Below are positions 12,299 to 25,035 of a stretch of DNA of 50,800 nt, piece by piece. Below the pieces are notes generated by a model. It did no database searches, was not told where the DNA came from, and saw nothing but the letters and a program-made list of their open reading frames with translations. The DNA lies in assembly GCA_013265495.1 (NCBI GenBank), contig MU057981.1, positions 268,006-318,805 on the forward strand, given 5' to 3'. The first letter of the stretch is position 1. Each line of letters starts with the position of its first letter. This DNA comes from Vicugna vicugna (taxonomy: Eukaryota). The position numbers and the translations under genes are program-made.

Positions 12299-13280
12299 AC
12301 AGCCTCCTCACTATTGACGCCTGCAACAGAGCATGCATTTTTGACAATGGGTGAACCTACACTGACCTGTCATCATCACCTAGAGCCCATACTTGACACT
12401 AGGACTTACACTTGGTGGTGTGAACTCTGTGGATTTGGACAGATGTACAATGATATGTATCCACCGTCACAGCATCATACAGAGTAGTCTGTCTTAGTGA
12501 CCCTAAAAATGCTCTGTGCTGCACCTCATTCATTGCTTCTTCCCCTCTAGCCTCTGACAGCCACTGATCTTTTAGTCTCTGTGGTTTTGCCTTTCCCAGA
12601 ACACCATACAGTTGGAATCAGACAGTTGCAGAACTTTCCCAGATTGGTTTCTTTCACTTAATAATATGCATTTAAGGTTCCTCCATGTCTTTCCATGCCT
12701 TGATAACTCATTCCATTTTACCACCAACTAATAGTCTATTTTCAGCCTGGACCACAGATTATTTATCCATTCACCTACTGAAGAACAGCTTAGTTGCTTC
12801 TGAGTTCTGGTGATTATGAATAAAGCTGCTATTAACATCTGTATGCAGATTTGTGTGTGGACATAAGTTTCCATTTCGTTGAGTAAACACCAAAGAGCAC
12901 AGTTGCCGGATCATATGGTAGGAGTACGTTTAGTTTTGTAAAAAATTGCCAGACCGTCTTCCAAAGTATCTGGGCCATTTTACATTCCCACCAACAATGC
13001 ATGAGAATTCCTATCGCTCCACATCATCACCAGCATTCGGTGCTGTCAGTTTTCTGCGTTTTGGCAGTTCTGACTGGTGTGCAGTGATACCTCGCTGTTT
13101 CAGTTTGCATGCCCTTGATGACAGATGCTGTGGAGCATGTTTCCATAGAGTTATTTGGCATCTAGATTCCTTCTATGATGAGGTGTGTGTTCAGGCATTT
13201 TGCTCATTTTTTAATCAAGTTATTCATTCTTCTTGTTGTGTTTAAAGAGATTTGGGTATATTCTGGATATCAGCCCTTTT
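12299..13280 (-). mobile_element. L1MC-type 3' end fragment
   Basis: TGAACCTACACTGAC...ATCATCACCTAGAGCCCATA...TTTGGACAGATGTACAATGATATGTATCCACC...CATTTAAGGTTCCTCCATGTC, then decayed ORF2 end (CATTTTACATTCCCACCAACAATGCATGAGA). Confidence 0.8.
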
Positions 13281-13419
13281 TCAGTGTGTCCCTGTCCTTC
13301 ACCTGCAGCACCGGAGCTGTCCTTTGGGTCTCAGTGTACTGTCAGCCCTTTAAAGAGGTTCCCTGTCTTCCCTCAGCCTAAATACAGTCCTTGTATTTTT
13401 CTCTTCCATTGACTCATTT

Positions 13420-13590
13420 TGTTCTTTTTAAATAGCATTTCCCATAATTTGTAAGTACACTAAAAAAAGGCAATGATTGAACACTGTCTCCCCCACCAGG
13501 CTGTGTGCCCTTTGAGAGCAGAGACCCTGTCCCCACTCACCATGTCCCATGAGAGCACATGGCAGATGTCCATGTAAAAGTGTATAACAT
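13420..13590 (+). mobile_element. L2 3'-end remnant
   Basis: CTGTCTCCCCCACCAGGCTGTGTGCCCTTTGAGAGCAGAGACCCTGTC resembles the L2 3' terminus. Confidence 0.55.
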
Positions 13591-14829
13591 GGGGCCAAAC
13601 CTGATAAGCAGCTATGACAACATGTGTGTTGGCTATCATTTATTGAATAGAGTTTGTTTCTTTATCTTAATTATTAAATGACATGAATGAAACATGTTTC
13701 TTTTGAAAAATAGAATAACAAAGCACACCTCCATGTGATTGGTAATTTCTACTTAGCCTTCTGACCCAGGAGGGGACATTCACTGTCAGTTTGTGGAGGA
13801 GGTTGGGGAGGTAAAGTAGGAGAGTGAGATCAAATAAAGTAAAAATGATAACTATAAGCTGGCTTTATTTTCACTAAGACATAAAAGTTACTTTAAACCC
13901 TATCTCAGCTGTTGTTCTGTTGTTTTAAACACTTCTCATAGAATTAAATGGAAGCCCACTAAACCCTGAAAAGGAAATTGTGTTCTCAGTTCCTGAAAAG
14001 AGTTTATGTCTATTTCTTGAGATGCACATTTTCCCTGCTGGTTACAGAAAGTCGAGGCGGGAACACAGCCATGTGCTGTGTGTGTCTGCTGGCTTCACGG
14101 GCTGCTCACAGTCATTTTCATTTTTTTGTGTTGCAGTGTATGCAGGTTTTCCTTCAGACCATTTGCTCAGCACTTTCCTGAATGAGAGATTGAATTTTCC
14201 ACAGGAAATCTTATGAAAGAGAGGGACAAGGCACATGGGTTTCCCAAAAAGCAATAGTTGATGTAATAAACTCACATTGGTGAGCTTTTTGAATACAAGT
14301 GGGTTGAAAATTTTTATCACTATGTCATATGCCACAAATATGTCTTAAGAAAAAAGAGATTCAGATTTTAAAGAAGAAGCAGTTTGAATCAAGTAGAAAT
14401 TATAATTTGTACAATATTTGGTGTTAGAGTTTATACTCAGTCTTATCATACTTGCCTGTGGTAGGAACTGGATCATTATTTATTTATTTAAAAAAAACTC
14501 CACTAGGTGCTATATGCCCCATTCTTGATGCGGCAGTGCTGAGTTTAGTTAAGTTGGGCCATTTAGAATACTTGGCTAGGTTTTCAGGACATTGATTTCA
14601 GCCTCTTTATCTTTTTTAGAATCTCTTATTTTGTGTTGGTCTTTGGTTTCTTGACAATGTGGAAATACTGCACAGATCTGTCTTTCCCTTTTTTCCTGTC
14701 TTTGTGGAAAAAGATTTCTGTAAGACAGACTACTAGGACATTAAGGAATTTGTGTGGGGTAAATTTGGTCAGCTCTAAGTATTTCAATTAATATGTATTA
14801 ATACTTGCTATTCAGCTAATGATAGTAAA

Positions 14830-15050
14830 ATTATAAAATAACTCAAGTATGCATCAGTAAGTATAGTACATTAAGCCCATCACCCAGATTAAGGAATTCA
14901 CAAACTTTTCCATATTTCCTTTATTCAGACCTTTGTTCTTTTCCTTGTCCTTTGTTGAAGTATTTGACAGCAAATCCCAGAAGACATGTCATTTTACCCT
15001 ATGTACTCAAGTAGGCATGTCTGAAAAACGAGGGCCTTTTCTTTGATCAC
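14830..15050 (-). mobile_element. Old L1MC/L1ME 3' fragment
   Basis: CCCATCACCCAGATT and GAAGTATTTGACAGCAAATCCCAGAAGACATGTCATTTTACCCTA motifs. Confidence 0.55.
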
Positions 15051-15054
15051 GTTT

Positions 15055-15185
15055 TTCCATTTGACCCATGTGCTATTAAGTACCAATCAGGCATCTCACT
15101 AGGCATTAGGGATCCCTGGGGCAATGAGACAGTCCTGGCTCCCAAGGAAGTTAAGGGCTGATGGAAGAAACAAACACAGGAGCTT
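15055..15185 (-). mobile_element. L2 3'-end remnant
   Basis: TATTAAGTACC...CAGGCATCTCACTAGGCATTAGGGAT...GAGACAGTCCTGGCTCCCAAGGAAGTTA resembles an antisense L2 terminus. Confidence 0.5.
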
Positions 15186-15506
15186 AGGTGCCTCACCTAA
15201 GGTAACTGCTGGATGACACCAGTTGGACAAAATTTGTGCACAAAACAGTGGGATTCACAGAATGGACTGGTCAGACTTGTAGGGCAGGCAGTGAGGGAGG
15301 TGGTCAGCAGGGCTACAATAGGAGGAATCGTTTGATCAGAATCTGAAATCCTTTCTGGAAACCTTCCTACAAAGCCCCCAGGGCCCATCACACACAACCC
15401 TGTGCTGAAACTGTTTTTGATTCCTGTTACCACATATCCTTCAGAAAGGATTTTAAGGTGGAAAATATTTAAAATCAGTAATTGCTGCCAGAAGGGACAT
15501 TGAAAA

Positions 15507-16046
15507 AGAAACATGGAAACAACATAAATGTACATCAGCACATGACTGGATAAAGACGAGGTGATACATATCTACAATGGAATACTACTCAGCCATAAAA
15601 GATGCCATTTGCAGCAACATGAATTGACCTGAAGACTGTCATTCTAAGTGAAGTGGGTGGAAAGAGAAAGAAAAATGCCATATGACTTCATTTTTGAAGA
15701 ATCTAAATTTAACAACCATAATAATAAGACTGTCAATGAACTAATTATTACTTTGATTTCTTGAATATGTGTAAGCACATCTGACTGTCCTTTGTGATTG
15801 GATTACCATATTCTGTTTATTATTCTTTTGTAGTTGGCTTTATTCCTCTGGTAAATATGTAAGTTTAAAAATCTAAAGCTCTAATCTGTTCTTAGAAACA
15901 ATAATTAGTACATATATGTAAACTAAAAAATGCAGTATACTCTATAAATGTATTTACATGCAACATGTGTATGAGGAGTTGAACTGTAATAATTCTACCT
16001 AATAATATTGAAAAAGGAAAAAAATAAAATAATTTATTAAAAAAAT
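15507..16046 (+). mobile_element. 5'-truncated L1 (ORF2 end) with an atypical 3' region and A-rich tail
   Basis: 15507-15706 aligns with 47957-48168 of the full-length L1 (ACATGGAAACA...ATGACTGGATAAAGA...ATGGAATACTACTCAGCCATAAAA...GAATCTAA). About 300 bp of AT-rich sequence and an A-tract follow. Confidence 0.75.
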
Positions 16047-16224
16047 CGCCCCTCTTTAAATATTAAAACATTCAGTTCTGAGATTCTGTGAAACACAACA
16101 TGGAAGTAGATATTTAAGTTTTTCTCCTTGCGCCTCAGTGAGCAGCCTGGGCTGCAGAGCTTGGCCGCCACAGGCACCCAGAGCTTACCGGCTTGCTCCT
16201 CGCTTGTTGGGAGGAAGGTTAGCT

Positions 16225-16550
16225 GCTTCAGGAATGTTTATGCTCTTAGAAGTTGCTGAAAACCCCACAGAACTTCTGTTTACATAGAGTGCATCTGTCA
16301 ATATACCCCATTTTAGAAATTAGAACAGAAAATTTTAAACCCAAGAACTGACATGCACTCGCTGTCCCAGCATGTGGTCAAAGCAGTGCTGTCATGCTGG
16401 CTTGTGTTGGTTCTAGAAAAACTGCACCATACACTCAAGAATCAGGGTGAGCCCACAGATCTCATCTCAGCAATGCTATGAAGAGGTGGGACCCAAAGCC
16501 CCTAAAACAGTGCTGAAGCCCCCAGATGTCCCAGAACACACAGAGCCATA
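16225..16550 (+). mobile_element. Charlie1/MER20B-like hAT remnant
   Basis: TCAGGAATGTTTATGCTCTTAGAAGTTGCTGAAAACCCCACAGAACTTCTGTTTA...TTTTAGAAATTAGAACAGA and a 3' CCCCTAAAACAG...CCCCCAGATGTCCCAGAACACAC end. Confidence 0.6.
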
Positions 16551-19481
16551 GGACCAAGAATCCAGTGTCTCATGGATCATCAGCCAGGGAGACCGTGTCC
16601 TGGGTCAGGAGAAGCAAAAGTAGGGATACCAGGCACACAATCCTATTGACAGCAAAGCTTTAAAAGTGTTGAATTGACTAAAAGTTTGGCAAAGATTTGC
16701 GTTGAGAATACAACATTTCCTCTCCTGGAGAATTTAGGATAACACTGATTAACAGAGGATGATTGTAATGGTTTAATTATGATACTGATGACATGGGCTG
16801 CTCACACTAGCCCTGCATTCAGTGTAGAATAAGCCTTTTATGTACACACTTCATTAGGTCTGCGCACCTCTGCAAGGTAGCATTAAGCACATACAAACAT
16901 GAAATCAGTGACTATAAAACAGTCACAAGTCTTCCTCTCCAGCATAAGGTAGCAAAACCAGCAGTGATTTTCAATGACAAAAGCCAAAATCATATATATT
17001 TGGGAAAGAAAGCAAATGAAACACTGAAGAACAATAAACCAAAAGGGCAGATGGAATGGAAACTTTTATTGAAGAAAGCAATGATTGATTCAATTAAAAC
17101 AGATAATGTCCCTGGTATAATTGAATCATCAATCAAAATTTCTGGAACAGTGTGTTGTGAAATTACTGTCTCATTTAATATTGGAATTCCTAGCTGGACA
17201 AATTTGATATGCATCACTGGTGTGAGGTTAGCTATTTAGGTAAATAACTTCATATTTTTTAAGTTAACAGAAAACATAACACAGGACTCCAGATTTAGGC
17301 AGAGAATGCAAACAACTACTATCATACTCCATTCAGTAAGGAAACGTGTCCCTGCGTCACCAAAGCAGTGAGAGTTTGCACACAGAAATCACAGTTCTCC
17401 AGTTGTGACAAATACGGGACCATGAGCCATGAATTATGAGAACAAGCAACTGTTTAAATGCCATGGGCAGGATTCTTTTATCATCTTGAAAACATCGCTG
17501 ATGCGCTAGGTAAGAAAAAAGAATTGTTTTACTAACAAATCTAACTGACACAGGGGTTTTTACAAGTGAGAAGTAATTCGAAAAAGTGCAGTAAAATGAG
17601 TTAAGATGATCTGTGCAGTGACGGAGCCGATCTTAGACTGACAAGCATCACGATTCCCGGTTTTACACTTGCTCTCTGCTAGTCACCTCTAACACAAGAA
17701 TGCATCATATGATATTTTTTTCTTTAAGAAAAAAAGATAAATAAAATCTAACTACAATATGTGGTATGAAAAACGGTAATGAAGTTCTCTAACATAATAA
17801 TGCAGCCAGTGTAATGTAGCACTTATTCGGGCACTAGAATTTTTTAAATCATGGTTTATTTTATATCCTATTTCTATACTAAAGGAGACACTCAAAGTTT
17901 TCTACTTTATTCAACATATCTTGTGGGGGTTGTGATATACAGTGGTATGGCCGTTTTCAGAGATTTAAAATCGCCTCTGTGGTTGTGGTCAGGAAAAGCA
18001 AGGCTCCCTCATAGCTGCGTCGGAGAAGGAATCCCCGGAGTCAGTTTCCAGGCAGCTTCCGAACAGCATTTGCACTTGGCACAGGACACCATCAGCAAGT
18101 GTAACTCTGACAAGGAGTTTTCCCCGGGGACCTGGGAGGTGCTCTATCATTGTGAAACCACTTGTTTCCCAGTTAGGTAAGACTTGGAAAAATAGTTTAT
18201 TATAAGTTACTCCCTTTGTATGTGCCTTTTGTCCTGAGAGGTCTCTAATTAGCATAGAATATAAAATACCTGATAGTATAAGAATTTAGGTACTCCATCT
18301 TTCCATCTACCTATTTGTTTATCATATTTATACTTAGGTTACACTTTCTATGATGTTCAATTCCGGGCACCAAAAAAGAAAGGTTAGAAAATATGTCTTA
18401 TAAAAAGCGGGAATGGGTCTAAGGGTTAAAAACCACTACTTCTAACAATAAAAGCCAGATAATACTTTTAATCTCAAATGCATCAGACCTTCCCGAATTC
18501 CTCCCTTAAGTTCACTGTTACAACAGTAATGGAATCTCTGTCCTTCCAAGACACGGGCCTGGTCGCCACCCATCCAGATATTTGTCTGTGGGTCCCTACT
18601 TATCCTCGAGACCCCCGAACACATCTTGTGGGGTGAACCCTCCTCAGTGTTCATATTGTAGGGGAAACCTGGGAGTCCCAGACAGTGTCCAGGAGTCACA
18701 CCTACCTGCAAAAATCAAAGTCATGTGACTGAAACGGGACAACCCAGGTGGTGTGATAGGGCTGAAAGCTCACCAAAAACAGGTTTGGGGGCCTAATCCA
18801 AGCCCTCTGGCTTCTCACATGAAGAAGGACAGGGAGGCCCAATTAGCCACGAGACTGGGGCCTTCATTACTCCATGAATAAAGGATTTGTGCTAGTGCCA
18901 CCTTTAGACAGGGAACACCAGAACCCAGACTTGGAAGCACCCTGTCCCCTCCCCTCTGATCAAATATTCCCTCAAGACATGTAGTGAGAGATGGGAGTCC
19001 CGGTGAGCTCTGGAATAAGATGCAATCTGAAAGACTGATGGTAACAAATGTTGTGGAGCTCGGGGAGCCCCCTGGGCCAGCAGCCCTTCTGGTACCACTG
19101 ATGCCCACACTTCCATCCACAACAGTTTTTTTCAGGACCCTTATGCACACATAACCATCACACAAAAATGATTGCTTAGACATATTTTAAGAGAAATAAC
19201 ATTATGAGAATGTCAAATTCATGACAAGTCAGGGTCAAGACCCCAGAGTGTTTACTGGGTGAGATCTCACGTGTTCTCCACAGCGAGCTTTAAACCCTTA
19301 GCACACAGTCATGGAACAGTAGGCATTTTCTTTCTTTCCTCCAAGTTGGCTTTATTGGAGAACTCTGCAGACACAGGAAGACTCTGGATCCCACCTCTAC
19401 TACTTACACAAAGGGCTCACCACGTGGAGTGGGATCAGCGCTGGTGTGACCGGCTCCAATGTGAGCACTCCCGTGCCCAGC

Positions 19482-19545
19482 TCCCCAAGGAGCAGAGCTC
19501 CACCCACAGGAGCAGAGACCCCCAGGAGCAGAGCTCCCCCAACGG
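19482..19545. repeat. Three-copy degenerate minisatellite (AGGAGCAGAG core)
   Basis: AGGAGCAGAGCTCCACCCAC / AGGAGCAGAGACCCCC / AGGAGCAGAGCTCCCCC seen directly. Confidence 0.7.
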
Positions 19546-21714
19546 GCACTGCAGTGCCTGTAAGAATCAGGTGTCTGATAAGTGAGCCTGGGGCGGGCAA
19601 CACAGGAAGCAAGCACTGCTCCCTCACACTCTTCAGGTGACCTCTGTGTCATCTTGAATAAATACAGTCAGCATTAAAGATGTTTGACAAGAGGGTAAAA
19701 GGTAAGGCCTCCCCAAATCTCCACACATTCCTTTAGTGGGAGTCCTGGTAGAAAACATGGTGACAAGGGACACTGGCTTTACATGGGCAGGTTGCCTTCA
19801 GAGCTGAAGGGAGGCCACGGTGCTGCCTCTGCCCCACCTCCTGCACTCTTCCCCCAGACCTCACAGGGGCCGCTGTCTCGTTTCTCTGACTTTCTCTCCT
19901 TGGTTGTGCTACTCTTCAAGCTTTTAAGAGCTCATAAAAACCTCACCAGAAAAATCTTTAACAATGAACCCAAGTCAAATGAAATCAACCAAAGAGACAC
20001 ACTGCCTTTATCATTACTTTATATTTTAAGAAGAAATTCTTGAAGATGACTCTCAGACCTGGAGGGGTGGATGGAGGAGAAAAGAAAACAAGACAAGCAT
20101 GTTTTTGGCCCATAAAAAAATGACAGATAACCAGATGGTGTCTAGTCTTCATTGCACCTCTCTGCCTGCCCCATTTCCACATGCCCCTCCCAACTGAACT
20201 CATCAGAACTCGACTGAAGGAGACGGCTGTGCAAGTTTATTGGAAACCAAGGAAATCACTACAGAAACAGTCTCCCAAACCCAGCAACAGCACTGTAAGT
20301 TGACCAGTGCCAGGATCTGAATACTAAAACACACAGATCCAAACTCCGACCCCCTCCCTGGTGGGTGTAATTACAGTAGGGGTGTCGCCGTGCAGTTTGT
20401 CTGCATCCAACATATAAAAATGAAAGGGACTCCAGTTTTCAACATCACAGTCCCTCTGAAACAACTGGTGGTCAATTAGCGTTTGTCGGCAGCAAAAGTC
20501 GATTTTCTCCCCTGCACGTGGAGGTGAACACACAGAAGAGACTGATGATCCCCGCTGCCAGTGTAGCTAAGTGTTTCAAAGCAAACTGTCTCCATCACCC
20601 TCCTGATGATCAGGGTGGTGTGTTAGCAGCAGGGCTCTGCACAGTAACGGCCAGGCAAGGAGGGCGCTTCCGTACGTTGCGGAGAAAAACGCGGGATCAG
20701 CACTCGCTGGAAATAAATTCTAATTAAAACTTCAGGTGTAATTCCTGCAGCGGAACCCACGCCAATAGATGAGGCTCCCTCCGAGCTGTCCAGTCATGTG
20801 AGCCAGGCTCATTAATATACCTGTGTGTTTGGTTTAACAAGTGAATCATGTCTGTTTTCTGGAAATTACATGGTGGTGGAAAACCTTCCAAACATGTTCA
20901 TTTATTTGCTGTGGAATTTGTTTAATCCTCTTAAGAGCATTTAGAATGACAACCTTCTTAAATTAGCATCTTTGCCCGAGAGACCTTTCCAGGCACATGC
21001 GCTGAAACCTAGGACAACCCAGAAACAAAATCAAAACGGTTTCAGCTGCACAGCACCACAGAATTTGTCCAGTTTGAGAATCAAGGATTTTTTTCTCCAT
21101 GCACTTTTCCTCCTCTGCCCAAATTAATCAGCCTCTGCTGCTCTTGTATAATGAGTATCATATGACTCATCTTCTCTGCCTGTAAAATGGAAATGATAAA
21201 CACTTCTAGCCAATAAAATGTCATAGAACTAACCTCCAAAATTATATATATATTAAAAAAACAAACAGGCCTTTATGCTGTCCAGGGATATGAATAATTT
21301 ATTTAATGCATCAATTGTTACTAGCATAAACTTTTCAAAATGTAACAGCTCCTCAGAAAGCTTCAACTACTATTCAATTAAAAATCACAGAAAATTTCTG
21401 AAAAGAATTTAAAGGAAAATCATTTTTAACTGAATCATAATCTAGGCACACTGAATAAATTCTCTTTAGAGAACTCCTACTTTTTTTTTAATAAATGGCC
21501 TATAAAAATACCCAGCATTAATCAGTAAATCTTCATTTTATTTTTAATATTCTTAAAGCATGCTATTTTTCTTAAATCAAATGAGGAGGTATTCACAAGC
21601 CAATGGACAATGGAATTACCTAAGAAGACATTATAAAGCAGCAATTTGCCAAGTGTTCTGCCTGAGAGTAACTCGTACCATCTCATTTTGACCTGACCGC
21701 TTGTAGGTGAGCTC

Positions 21715-21835
21715 CATCAGCCCATTTAACACATGAAGAAACTGAAGTTCTGGGTGGTCATGTTTTCAGTACTTGGTGGAGCCAGAATCCAAACCCGGAT
21801 CTTTGTCTATAGAGCCTGTGTCTTTACCAGATCAC
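21715..21835 (-). mobile_element. MIR remnant
   Basis: CCCATTTAACACATGAAGAAACTGAAGTTC...GGTGGAGCCAGAATCCAAACCCGG is the antisense MIR core. Confidence 0.65.
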
Positions 21836-22876
21836 ACTACATTTATCACTCTTCAAATGCACTCAGTCCCCGAGGTAACACACTTTCCTTGCATTTCTAG
21901 GAGTTTTAGGAAGTACTGAATTACAAAGACTAAGCAGATATTTGTGTGGGCTAGTTTTTTATTTTCTGATTTTCCTGAATCAGTTCAGGCTGAATTCATA
22001 TTACTTACTAGGCTAAGTCCTGAGGCAGAAGAGAGAGGGGAAGATAAGACAGACGTAAACAATTTCAAGAGATTCACTTCATCAAGGAAGAAAAGTATTA
22101 AATAAACCACTTCAGCAACACGCTTGTCAATAAACCTTGGTGTCCTTGTCTCAGCCTGAAAGAGGGTAAGCCCTCCAGCCCATCTGCCTTCCTGCAACTT
22201 ACCCTGTATGATCTTGGTTCCCTCACATGTGACACGTGAGTTCTCCTGGGGCTCTATGTATAGATTAAATGATAAAACTATATGCAAAGGGGCTATTTCA
22301 TTGCCAGACAGTAGGCACTAAACAAACAATAAAATTATTTTGTTTCATGAAAATGGGAGGCAAGACTCCCAATTAAAATTTCCTGATAGAATCCCAACAA
22401 GCACTTTAATTTATCTGCCAGAAATTGTAAAATAGCATTTCTTTTTTGAAAGCTGTATCCATTCTCCCTAGTTTTTACCAATCCTGGCTGTTATCCTGAA
22501 AATCTATTCCCAGAACTTGGCATCTATCTCCCATATTTAAATCCTTTAAGTTTGAAATGATGATGAAGCTTGGGCACATAAAGATTCACACCATAATTCA
22601 CAGAATAAACAAAGACAACAGGAACAGGGCCATCTCCAGACCCCATGTGTTAAGGACAGGCTCCAAACTTCACAAAACCAGATGCATGCTGTTTGAACAG
22701 AAAGAAATTTGAATGTGTTCAAGGAGGCTGACAGAACACTGGCCGGCTCAAGAGACGACTCCTTCACCCCTTCGTCTGACCTAAGTAATCTAACACAGTT
22801 ATCCGTTGATCTCTAACTAAAACTAGAACACGGGTAGGGTTGGAAACTAACATTTTTTCCTACAATATATACATAT

Positions 22877-23329
22877 TGTCAATTAAAAATTGGCACTTGT
22901 CATCTGCCTCTGATTTGATTAAGTCATGAGCCACTGCAGCTGCTGACCTTCAACACACTCTGAAAGTAGTTAAGGTGGAGATTAGGAATGGGGCACACTG
23001 TGCTCTTGGAAAATGGTCAGAAAAGCCTTCAGATAGTTAGAAATTTTCAGGAAATCTTATGAGCCCAAATTCTTGCATCTCCTCCTATCTAGAAAAGCAC
23101 TAAAATCATTAACAGAGACACCTGCTCCTCGACTAGCAGCAGCACTTTGCCTTAACGTATACTTGACTGCACGTCCCTCTTCACTGAAGTCTCATATACT
23201 GCTGAGCTCCCCCTCCTCTTCAGAGCAGTTCCTCTGAGCTCTCTGAGATGCTGTCTCCTGGGCTTTGGTCCTCATTTTGCGCCTGATAAACCTAAACCCA
23301 CATCTCTCACATTGTGTGGTTTATTGACA
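22877..23329 (+). mobile_element. Solo LTR, ERV1-like (453 bp)
   Basis: Perfect 7-bp terminal inverted repeat TGTCAAT...ATTGACA. R/U5-like CAGAGCAGTTCCTCTGAGCTCTCTGAGATGCTGTCTCCTGGGCT with GATAAA near the 3' end. Flanks ATAT/GTAC are at best a decayed 4-bp TSD. Confidence 0.78.
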
Positions 23330-24689
23330 GTACCACAAAAATTAAGCTTACATAATTGATCTCATAGTAAACATTCAGTATCAAACATTTCTTGACCTAA
23401 ATTCCTTTTTAAAAGTAAATAATCATTCCATTTCTTAAATATAACATCTTTATAAATTAACAGATATCTGTGAATCTTAGGAAAATATACTCTAGAAAAA
23501 ATTTTAGCTAATTAAAAAAACTATTGTGTGGAGTTTTAGAATTTCAAAAGTGGAAGAGAATAGTATTGTAACTCAAGTTCTTGTTTTAAATGCAGAGATA
23601 CTGAGGCCTCAAAAGTCATATCAATTTGCCTGATTTTATACACTTTCCTTTAACAGAAAACCTAGAATTAAGTTCCTGGTCTTTGAGAAACCAAGATTTG
23701 CTCTGCTGGCACAGGGCTGAACCTGATGAAAATGGGTGGTGAGGAAGAACCAGAATGCGAGGGCCTGGGCGAGGCAGCAGAGGAAAGGAGGCTCTCACCT
23801 GGTCGTGGGTGAGAAATAGGCTCCTGCAGTTCCGGTGTGATGGGCATCCCTCAAGTGCCTGAAAACTACTATTTAGCACACCTGCCACCGAAACGCACAC
23901 GAGCTAGAAGGCTGATCAGGAGGCTTTCTCAGTGACACAACAAGCTATTTTCACATTAACTCTACAACTACAGGAAGAGAAAGAATAGAAAGCTGATATT
24001 AATTATTAAAAATTTACACCAAGAACCAAGGAATTCCCAGGAGAAATAAAAAGACTTGTTGGATGTTTCATTATGTGAACTTACTGCCAGTTCAGTTGTC
24101 TTAAAAGTTGTGCTATAAAATATATTGTCCTTTGTTGTTCCAAATCACATTTGAAAGAAATATTGTTTCTTAAGGGTGTTTCTGGAATTTTCTTCTATTT
24201 TCTAACACCAAATTTCAGACCTTTAAAGAAATGGGGGTTGGCATTTCGTCCACTGTTCTCTAGGCAATTTGTAGTTCTTTCAAAGAACAAGGGGGGAATC
24301 ACACAGAAAAGCATTTGAGCATCAGGCTGCTTTCATTTCCTCTGGAAGTCTTGGAAACTAACGTGGAAATGAACAGCAGGACAGAAACCTGGCGAGAGGG
24401 TCACTGGCTAGAAGGTGAGAACAAATGTGTTCTCCAACGTGCTCTGTTAGCCACTAGATTAAATGAACCGAGCAATTGTTCCAGCATACATGCACCTCTA
24501 CGTGAAAAGCTCAACCATTTCCAGCCGTTGAGTGCAGCCCGAAACAATGGACGGACTGCAGAGGCCCCCTACGGCTCATCGTGGTGCCTTACACGACATG
24601 CAGGATGAGTACTGCCTCCCCGCCCCCTCCCTCCCCTCCCCTCAAGGGAGATGGCTGGTCCTGAGCTGAGCTTACCTCATAGCAAGCTG

Positions 24690-25035
24690 TCTCTCAGCCC
24701 TCTGTCTAAAGTAAGATAAAAGCAGGAAAGCTTCACGGGACTTCACAGAACCATCCCAAAAGGGAACTGAAGCACCTTTCTTCCCTCCTGTCTGCTGCCT
24801 GGAATGTAGACCTGATGGCTGACCCTCAGGCAGACACTTTGGGCCATCAAGTTGACGGGCTGAAAATAACAGGCATCTGGTTCTCTGACCCTGGGGCCTT
24901 CATGCAAACCAGCCGTGTGGTACCGATTGCCTTACTTTTTTATGTAAGAGGGAAATACAAATATAGCATGTGTAAGCCACTGCTGTTATCTAGGGAACTA
25001 GGTGTTGTACATTGCCACGGTAAGTCCTAATAATA
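24690..25035 (+). mobile_element. MaLR MLT1 (I/J-like) solo LTR remnant
   Basis: CTGCTGCCTGGAATGTAGACCTGATGGCTG...TTTTATGTAAGAGGGAAATA...TGTGTAAGCCACTG...TCCTAATAATA motifs. Confidence 0.65.

Noticed and set aside
18442..18705. Minus-strand acceptor CTTTGATTTTTGCAG followed by an ~87-codon open frame
   Set aside because: No recognisable peptide and no supporting upstream exon; consistent with chance.
20660..20880. Possible enhancer-like element (some CpGs, TAATTA, CCAAT)
   Set aside because: Such short motifs are common, and conservation cannot be judged without an alignment.
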